IMG/VR virus record: IMGVR_UViG_3300017705_000016
Coordinates: 1 to 26,896 of that record
Source of the DNA: a virus
Taxonomy: Duplodnaviria > Caudoviricetes
Direction: 5' to 3' (one strand)
DNA length: 26,896 nt
Shown here: positions 15,247 to 21,962 of the stretch, one piece after another
Position numbering within the stretch: position 1 is the first letter of the stretch
How the letters are laid out: the number at the start of each line of letters is the position of its first letter
Notes under the pieces: model-generated
What the model was told of the DNA's origin: nothing
The model's database searches: none
Seen by the model: the letters and a program-made list of their open reading frames with translations, nothing else
Position numbers and translations under genes: made by a program

Positions 15247-17910
15247 TTACCTCGCTATCTTATGACGTAACTTGAGATAATCTACGTTAAAATTCTTCAT
15301 AGCCGCATAAGCAGGATTATTAATATCTGATGTTGGAATGTTAAGAGTTTGAAACGCTCCACCGGGATTAAATATAGGTTGCCCGTTACTATCAGTTTTA
15401 ATCAGTTTGTACTGACCTCCAAAAGCCGGATTTCCCGTCAATGTTCGTTGAAGTATTCCGTTATCCCGCAACTGTTCCAAATATTCCAGAGAATGTGCCG
15501 GAACGTCTTGTTTTGTAACGGCGTACTTCTGTCCCTGGATATAGGGAGAGTAGAAGTTATTTTTCGGTTTAACACTGCCTACATCAAAACCTAACTGGAC
15601 GGCACGTCCAAGAGTTTCGTTACCAGGATCGAAGTCTCCTACATCCTGCAACAGAGCCCTAGCAGTCCCTACCAAGTGTTTTCTAAGAGCCCGCAATTTT
15701 CCTGCTTCAAACTTTTCCGCGTTTCCTAAGTCAGGAAGAACTTTCTGTGCGCCTTTTAAATCTGGCGTAGAAATTCGTTGTTCTCCAACACTTTTCAAGA
15801 ACTCCCTTGCAACAAATTGCTGTAGCAAGGGCTGCATAGCAATTAATCTGTTAGCGGCTTCTCTACCTGCGCCATCTCTAAACCAGTTTCCTGGGGTAGA
15901 ACCCGTAACGCTTGTGGAGAATCTTTCCAGAGGACCCGTCACAAAACCTTGAACTCCAGATGACGTTGCGTCGGCGTCTATCTGGTCTAGCATGGCAATC
16001 ACACCCATGACTTTAGTTAAATTCTTTCTTTTATCGACGTTTTCTTTCTTTTGAAAACGTTCTGTATTCTCCTCTTCTTTTTTTGCTATAGCACCCGCTA
16101 TAGCAGACATTTGAGAAGTTTTGTCTGGGGTTTTTGTGATGTTTAAATCTTTTACAAGGGACGGCATCTTGGCTAGAGCCTCTGCTATTACTCGACTCTG
16201 AACCATCTCGGGATCTACGTCTTGCTCTAACTTTGAGCGGTATCCATCGGGTGTAAGAGGCCTGTTATTAGGTCCTAAAAGAGAAGGTGACGTGGTGATT
16301 GAGTCAAACAACTGGGGAGACGCTTCATTCAATATAACAAGCCGTCCAGTTCCACTTGTTAAATTTTCACCGACAGGTAGAGGAAGCTCATCAAAAACCG
16401 GTTTTGCGGCGCTTCTAGGTGCAAAGGTGGCTCTGGAATACGCCTGCTTAATTTGGGTTGGAGATACTATAGCTCCCCGTGGGACGGGAGCACCTGCGGC
16501 TCTTGGAGCTAACCCAAAGTCATCATAATCATCTTCTAAAAGTTGCCGAGCAACTAAGAGATTCATGTCTTTTGTTACGGGATCTCCAACCGCGTAAGCA
16601 GGTCCAATTACGTTGTAAAGTACGCTCCTAAATTTGTCCCGTATCTTTGTCTTGTCCTCTTCAGAGAGAGCTTGGCCGTCTACCCGACTAATAGGGAACG
16701 TGTCTTTCGCCGGATCTAATTCCAGATTACCTTTGGCAGCGTCAAATTTTAAAGCTATGTTTCCAAGACCCTGTGTTTTTTGAATCCTGTTAAATTGATT
16801 CATAAAACCTTTGAAGTACCCTTTAAACTTAGGATCATCCATACCTTTCGGGTCTTTAGGCGCAGCGGGTTTTGCAAAATAATTGCTGACAGGCATGGCT
16901 TCGTTATCTTGGGGAATATTAAATGCGGCTCCGCTGCCCGCTCCTCCTAACTTTATCCAGTTCTGGCCTTGTTGCCGAAGCTGGATAAGTCTTCCCTGGC
17001 TATCTCTAACGCCCTCTCCAGCCTTGTCCACCAGAACAAAGTTATTGGTGATATTTGAGTCCGAATCTTTAGGAGGGGTAGATCCAAGATACGTCCAATC
17101 CCCTGGGTTGTTAATAGGTTTTCCAGTTATAGAGTTAAACCCAGGTTGTCCTGGACCCTGTCTCGTCATGTGTATTACTTCGTTGGTATTCTTATTTTGC
17201 AAATAACCTACGTTTGCAGCCTTGCCTTTACTACCGCCAACGCCCTTAAAATGGTCAGTGGATTTTATCATCACCTGCTTTTTGCCAGGAGAAAAATACT
17301 CTTGGGTCCGCAGATTAGTAAAGACAGAGGTCTTTCCCCGTTGTCGTCCCTGCGTTACAGAACCGTCTGGACCTAGAACGGGAGTTGTAGGTTTTCCTTC
17401 GTCATCTGTTTTATAAAGAACAAAATGTCCCGCAAGAAGCTTATCGGTGTTTTTGCCCAAAGTTTTCCAAAGCTCCAGCGCAACAGTGTCCTGATCCTTT
17501 TTACGCGCCGCTGCTTGCGTGTACGCGGCTAACTTGACCTGACGGTCTTCGGCTTGCTTGGCTGCATCTATTGCAGCTTTTCTCTTCATTAAGTCCGTGG
17601 ACACAGGAATTAGGTCTGCACCGACAGGAGCCAGAAGTTCCCGCCCTATCGTTGCAAAAGGAGATTCACCCTTTTTTGGAGTTGCACCCATCGACGCAAA
17701 CCCCCGCGCCGCCAGCGAGAGGGCAGCTTGTAATTTAGCGGCATCTTGGGCCTGCTGAAGTTGCTTGCTGTAATCCGTTGGGCCTAAATAAGCGCGAAGA
17801 TCCGCTGCTCCTTGTGTGACATCCGATATATCTGGACGAGCACCAAAGTTTGCATCGGCTACCGCCTGTCTCCATTGAGTAAGACCTGCCAGACCTTTTG
17901 GTTCAGCCAT
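15247..17910 (-). CDS. Putative internal virion / ejection protein (887 aa)
   Basis: Long ORF with a GGAG SD in the ejection-gene cluster. Helical N-terminus, internal repeat, no Cys. Confidence 0.65.
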   Translation of the reverse strand: MAEPKGLAGLTQWRQAVADANFGARPDISDVTQGAADLRAYLGPTDYSKQLQQAQDAAKLQAALSLAARGFASMGATPKKGESPFATIGRELLAPVGADLIPVSTDLMKRKAAIDAAKQAEDRQVKLAAYTQAAARKKDQDTVALELWKTLGKNTDKLLAGHFVLYKTDDEGKPTTPVLGPDGSVTQGRQRGKTSVFTNLRTQEYFSPGKKQVMIKSTDHFKGVGGSKGKAANVGYLQNKNTNEVIHMTRQGPGQPGFNSITGKPINNPGDWTYLGSTPPKDSDSNITNNFVLVDKAGEGVRDSQGRLIQLRQQGQNWIKLGGAGSGAAFNIPQDNEAMPVSNYFAKPAAPKDPKGMDDPKFKGYFKGFMNQFNRIQKTQGLGNIALKFDAAKGNLELDPAKDTFPISRVDGQALSEEDKTKIRDKFRSVLYNVIGPAYAVGDPVTKDMNLLVARQLLEDDYDDFGLAPRAAGAPVPRGAIVSPTQIKQAYSRATFAPRSAAKPVFDELPLPVGENLTSGTGRLVILNEASPQLFDSITTSPSLLGPNNRPLTPDGYRSKLEQDVDPEMVQSRVIAEALAKMPSLVKDLNITKTPDKTSQMSAIAGAIAKKEEENTERFQKKENVDKRKNLTKVMGVIAMLDQIDADATSSGVQGFVTGPLERFSTSVTGSTPGNWFRDGAGREAANRLIAMQPLLQQFVAREFLKSVGEQRISTPDLKGAQKVLPDLGNAEKFEAGKLRALRKHLVGTARALLQDVGDFDPGNETLGRAVQLGFDVGSVKPKNNFYSPYIQGQKYAVTKQDVPAHSLEYLEQLRDNGILQRTLTGNPAFGGQYKLIKTDSNGQPIFNPGGAFQTLNIPTSDINNPAYAAMKNFNVDYLKLRHKIAR

Positions 17911-17919
17911 AAAACGCTC

Positions 17920-18606
17920 CTAAACAGGTTCTTGGCCCATGGGCATTGGTCCGGGCATCTCGGCCATATCGGCCATCATTTGCATTTCGTCGCCACCGCC
18001 AGAAGACATCTTGTTGACGGCATTGACTACGGCTTCCGTGCCGGATGATAAATTATCGGCTATCGCACCCTTCGCAGCAAGATTTGTGATACCACCATCC
18101 ACCTCACCGACTTCTGCCAACTCTTCCTGCATCAGAGCGCCAATGCCCTTGTCGAGTTCTGCAAGCTGTAACGTAGGCTGCACAAGGGTTAGAACCGAGT
18201 CGGGTGTCTGGTCTGCGTCGGATTGACCAACTACAGCGGCCAACCGCCCACGGTACTCCGAGACATCGGCTTGGTCATCCCAAACCGCGTTCATGATCTC
18301 ACGAAAATCGCCCGCCGAATCAAGCTCCATCATGCTTTCTTGAGTGGCCGCGTCGGCAGCTTTCGACATCTCCTCCGCCGCAACCTCTTGAGTGGCTTGC
18401 GTCATGTCTTGATTTGCGGCCTGTATAACTTCTGCCGGTAGCATCTCTGCCATCTGGGCCATTGCCATATTAGGATCCATGCCCGGATCCATGCCGGGGT
18501 TCATACCCTGGTCCATGGGCATTGGTGCGGGAGCCGCCATCATTTCAGGAGGCATCATGCCCCCATTTGCCATCCTAAACATGCGCCGGTTGAGTACATC
18601 TCTCAT
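17920..18606 (-). CDS. Putative internal virion protein, acidic and Met/Pro-rich (228 aa)
   Basis: AAGGA SD, N-terminal VLNRRMFRMANGG motif, low-complexity termini, position in the cluster. Confidence 0.6.
   Translation of the reverse strand: MRDVLNRRMFRMANGGMMPPEMMAAPAPMPMDQGMNPGMDPGMDPNMAMAQMAEMLPAEVIQAANQDMTQATQEVAAEEMSKAADAATQESMMELDSAGDFREIMNAVWDDQADVSEYRGRLAAVVGQSDADQTPDSVLTLVQPTLQLAELDKGIGALMQEELAEVGEVDGGITNLAAKGAIADNLSSGTEAVVNAVNKMSSGGGDEMQMMADMAEMPGPMPMGQEPV
18469..18516 (-). repeat. Four degenerate 12-bp coding repeats (MDQG-MNPG-MDPG-MDPN)
   Basis: Seen directly in DNA (ggatccatgcc repeated) and in the protein. Confidence 0.75.
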
Positions 18607-18620
18607 AACTAATTCCTTAA

Positions 18621-19655
18621 TTAAAACAGGCCACCAAGTTGTTTCGCCGCAGCCCCTGCGCCAAGAAGTCCTACCCCTGCGCCCGCTGCTTGCTGAAAGA
18701 GTGAGGGTGTCGGAGCACTAGGCGATATCACCGTACCAAGGGTCATCGAAGATGACGGAGCGCCTTTGTATATATCAGACAAGAAGCCTAGTCTCTGATA
18801 GGGTTCAAACAGATCTTGGTACGTGTTCTGACGAGTAGCATCAAGTTGCTGTTGCGATATGTTGCGCTGCTCTGCACCCAAGTTCTGCAACGTCGCAATA
18901 TCTTTAAGTCCTGCCGTCTGCGCAAACTCTGAAGCGCCAAGCTGTTGTCCACCAATGCCAGCCTGCACTCGACCAAGGTCCCCGTACAACCCGCCAATGC
19001 CGCGCATCAATTCTGATTGCGCCTGCTGTCGCCGCTGCTGGTTCTCAAAGGACGTAGAGGCCGTTTGTAGGGCTTGCTGGTAGTTCTGCGAATACAGATC
19101 GGCCAACGATTTTGCTCTAACATCTGCAAACCCACGGCCCAACTCTGATCTCTCCACGCCAAACCGGCTACCACCAAAGGAAGAACCGGCACCTGCGGCG
19201 AGTTGGTTATACTTAATCGCCTCTTGCCGTTGCAGTTCCTTCATCGTTTGGTCGATGACTTCCTTCTGATACGGGTTCATGTATGCAGAAAGGTCGTCGG
19301 GCCGGAACATTTGAGCGGAGCCCTGTGCCGCCGCCGTCGCAGCGGCTAATGCGCCATCGTCACCAAGAGCCTGACCCACCGTCCCAAGACCCGCTGACAA
19401 AGCGTCCGTACCGGAAGTCAAGTAGTCCTTATAACCTCCGATACCACTCGCAGAAGTAAGACCGGCAGCGAGTCCTGGAGTTCCTTCTGTTCCGTATATC
19501 TGACCTTGAAGGTCTGACAAACCCGCGACTTCATAGGCGGGGAGGTTTACTGGGATGTCTGAGAGGTCTTTTGCAGATTCTAAAAGACCTAGCTTCATTG
19601 CCTCAATTTCAGGGGCTTCGCGTACAATCTGTTCCTGGATACTTGTTTCAACCAC
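18621..19655 (-). CDS. Putative DNA transfer / ejection protein (344 aa, Gln/Gly-rich)
   Basis: AYMNPYQKEVID and FGGSRFGV motifs, a Gln-rich helical body and a Gly-rich hydrophobic C-terminus, as in podovirus ejection proteins. Confidence 0.7.
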   Translation of the reverse strand: MVETSIQEQIVREAPEIEAMKLGLLESAKDLSDIPVNLPAYEVAGLSDLQGQIYGTEGTPGLAAGLTSASGIGGYKDYLTSGTDALSAGLGTVGQALGDDGALAAATAAAQGSAQMFRPDDLSAYMNPYQKEVIDQTMKELQRQEAIKYNQLAAGAGSSFGGSRFGVERSELGRGFADVRAKSLADLYSQNYQQALQTASTSFENQQRRQQAQSELMRGIGGLYGDLGRVQAGIGGQQLGASEFAQTAGLKDIATLQNLGAEQRNISQQQLDATRQNTYQDLFEPYQRLGFLSDIYKGAPSSSMTLGTVISPSAPTPSLFQQAAGAGVGLLGAGAAAKQLGGLF

Positions 19656-19657
19656 GA

Positions 19658-21445
19658 TTAGGCCCTCATTTCAAAGTTACGCATCATGGCGTACATGTTC
19701 TTGGCACCGTTCTGACGGTCTCTTTCTTTGTTGCCGGTTGGATTAGGCGAAGCTCCACGCACGGCCTTTGATGTCATAACAAACTCACCGTCAGAAAGCA
19801 TCGCAGGTATGTCATCAGAACGCTCGGTTCCCGGACCCCGGACTAAGGCCTCGCGCCGTGGGAACGACATAATGCCGCCCTTCGCAGCCTGCGCGACGGG
19901 AACAAGTTGAGTCTGGTTGGGATTATAGTTGTAGTTAAGACCAAGCCTCTTCGCGGCCTCTTCGCTGTACAATTGAGCAATCTTGTATCTGCCAGGGTCC
20001 TTGGCATAAAGCTCAGATCCAACGGGTTTACCATAACCTGGAAGCATGGACTCATTTGGATCGTCGGGCGGCGGCGGCGTGTCGAAAGCACCAAGGCCAT
20101 AAGCCGCCAGCCCCGCAGTAGCGGCAAGGGGTCCGTACTGTTTAAGCATACCTGGGCTGGCGTTTTTGGCTAACTTTGTAGCGATTTTCAGTTGCGCTTC
20201 AGTTGCGCTTAAAGGATTTATGTTATTCGCCTTTAATATGTCTACTGCGGTTGTTTCTTTCGCGAAAGGTGTAAATTCTGCAAATTTAAAAGGTTGCTCG
20301 ACAGTAGGTATGTTAATTGCTGAAGCCGCTGGAGCCATAGTTGTAGCCGGAGGAGACACATTACTCACATTAGAAGTCGCTACGGTTGTGGGATCAAACC
20401 TTAAACCTTTCTGTGTCTCTGCTAGTGATAGAGGTGGTGCGTTGTACGTGTCGATAAGGTTCGGCGGATATGACCCTGAAGGACCTAACGTTGTTGGAAC
20501 CGCCGTTGGAACCGCCGCCGTTGGAACCGTTGCTGGAACCGCCGGTTGAAAGCCTTCTGAGGTAAATCCAGGTTTAGGGACGTTCATTCCAGGATCATAA
20601 ATGCTAGTTGGAGTGTCCCCGAGTACGGTTCCCTCGCCCATAAAGGCGCCTCCGAAATCACCACTACCTAAAGCACTCATCTGCGCTTTAGATGCTGCCG
20701 CACTAGCCTGCGCCCCCGGACTAGAACCCAGAGCGTAGGGAGACGCGGCATATTGTGTTCCAACCTGATTACCTGCGGCATTAAACACAGGAGATGCTCC
20801 CGTAAAGCTTCCTTTCAAACCACCAACAAAACTAGAACCTGGAGTCGAAGAAAACGCCCCAGAAAAACCACCCGCAAGACCCGCAATACCACCGGATATG
20901 AGACCAGATTTAAGAGAGTTTTTAAGGCTATTACCACCTGCCAAGCTTCCCGCAACGCCACCAAGGAACCCAGCCCCTATGGTGCCTGCACCAAACATGG
21001 GACCTAAGAACGGAATTCCAAAGGCCGTTGCTGCTATCGGAAGGACGATAGGTGCGGCCTTCTTAACAATTTTTACAACGCCCTTAACAGCCTTTTTAAT
21101 CGCCCGGAATATCTTCTTGAAGAAGAACTCCGGCATACCCGTGGACGGGTTAATGCTGTTTAATTCGCTACCTACAACAAATTCCTGCGGGTCCAAACCC
21201 ATGTCGCGCATTTGACCAAACAAAAGTTCTCTGACTTTTGGGTTGGCATCAAGGACCTCCATAGGCACCACGGTCTCGCCTTCCGCAGCGTGAACGATGT
21301 AGATGTCACCGTTACGCCCGTACTCTGCAAGTTTTTCAGCTTGGTCTTTAATCGAACCAATGCCAACCGGCGCTAATTCATAATCAGGAGATACATCCGC
21401 AAAAGATTGTAGTCCGTTGGAAAGATTTTGATGGGATTGCTGCAT
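19658..21445 (-). CDS. Putative ejection / pilot protein (595 aa) with tape-measure-like C-terminal motif
   Basis: C-terminal GPGTERSDDIPAMLSDGEFV motif (also seen at tape-measure C-termini), a basic amphipathic helix, Gly-rich hydrophobic segments and a Pro/Thr linker. Confidence 0.7.
   Translation of the reverse strand: MQQSHQNLSNGLQSFADVSPDYELAPVGIGSIKDQAEKLAEYGRNGDIYIVHAAEGETVVPMEVLDANPKVRELLFGQMRDMGLDPQEFVVGSELNSINPSTGMPEFFFKKIFRAIKKAVKGVVKIVKKAAPIVLPIAATAFGIPFLGPMFGAGTIGAGFLGGVAGSLAGGNSLKNSLKSGLISGGIAGLAGGFSGAFSSTPGSSFVGGLKGSFTGASPVFNAAGNQVGTQYAASPYALGSSPGAQASAAASKAQMSALGSGDFGGAFMGEGTVLGDTPTSIYDPGMNVPKPGFTSEGFQPAVPATVPTAAVPTAVPTTLGPSGSYPPNLIDTYNAPPLSLAETQKGLRFDPTTVATSNVSNVSPPATTMAPAASAINIPTVEQPFKFAEFTPFAKETTAVDILKANNINPLSATEAQLKIATKLAKNASPGMLKQYGPLAATAGLAAYGLGAFDTPPPPDDPNESMLPGYGKPVGSELYAKDPGRYKIAQLYSEEAAKRLGLNYNYNPNQTQLVPVAQAAKGGIMSFPRREALVRGPGTERSDDIPAMLSDGEFVMTSKAVRGASPNPTGNKERDRQNGAKNMYAMMRNFEMRA
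20493..20543. repeat. About four degenerate copies of GTTGGAACCGCC encoding an AVPT linker repeat
   Basis: gttggaaccgcc gttggaaccgccgcc gttggaaccgtt gctggaaccgcc; protein AVPATVPTAAVPTAVPT. Confidence 0.8.
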
Positions 21446-21447
21446 AG

Positions 21448-21795
21448 CTATGAGTACCGTAGTTCTAGGACACTCGCGAAGAGAAAGATCTTCGACGCCG
21501 TATCGCAGTTTAAAATGAGTGCATCACCGGCCTCTAAGTTAAAGGGACCTTCAAGTGACGTTTGTGCGAGAGTTCCGAGACTTATCTTATTTAGAGTTAC
21601 GGTCGTAGACGCGGAACTGTCGGTTATCTTCGGGTATATAACTATAGTGCCGGAATGGCTGTTATACAAATTTATGTTTCGCACGATGGCCTGTGTCACA
21701 ACGGTAGGATCAGTCTGTGTAGCAGGACAGGTGTACACGGTAACGTCCCCTGTAGAGCCTACCAAACTAGCCGCGTTTTTGTACGCTACGCCCAT
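21448..21795 (-). CDS. Small beta-rich virion structural protein (115 aa)
   Basis: YKNA...VYTCP...AIVRNINLYN...LEAGDAL pattern, common in podovirus tail regions. TAATG-coupled to the upstream ORF. Confidence 0.65.
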   Translation of the reverse strand: MGVAYKNAASLVGSTGDVTVYTCPATQTDPTVVTQAIVRNINLYNSHSGTIVIYPKITDSSASTTVTLNKISLGTLAQTSLEGPFNLEAGDALILNCDTASKIFLFASVLELRYS

Positions 21796-21962
21796 TACTC
21801 ACCAAACCATAACATGCTTTGCGTTTCGTCGTCGCCGCTCACTACCGCAGGAAACTCTAGCTTTGTTAGAGCCATCTCAATGTCGCGAAGAATTCGTGTG
21901 AAAGCCTCTATGTCATACTCATCTGGAGGACTAGGCATCGAATGGTCCAACAACTTTACCAT
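21795..21962 (-). CDS. Small tail-associated protein (55 aa)
   Basis: Not in the ORF track: MVKLLDHSMPSPPDEYDIEAFTRILRDIEMALTKLEFPAVVSGDDETQSMLWFGE. TAATG overlaps at both ends. Confidence 0.75.
   Translation of the reverse strand: MVKLLDHSMPSPPDEYDIEAFTRILRDIEMALTKLEFPAVVSGDDETQSMLWFGE

Noticed and set aside
20493-20543. Short direct repeats as a CRISPR array or origin iterons
   Set aside because: They are in-frame coding repeats of 12-15 bp without unique spacers, encoding a Pro/Thr linker.
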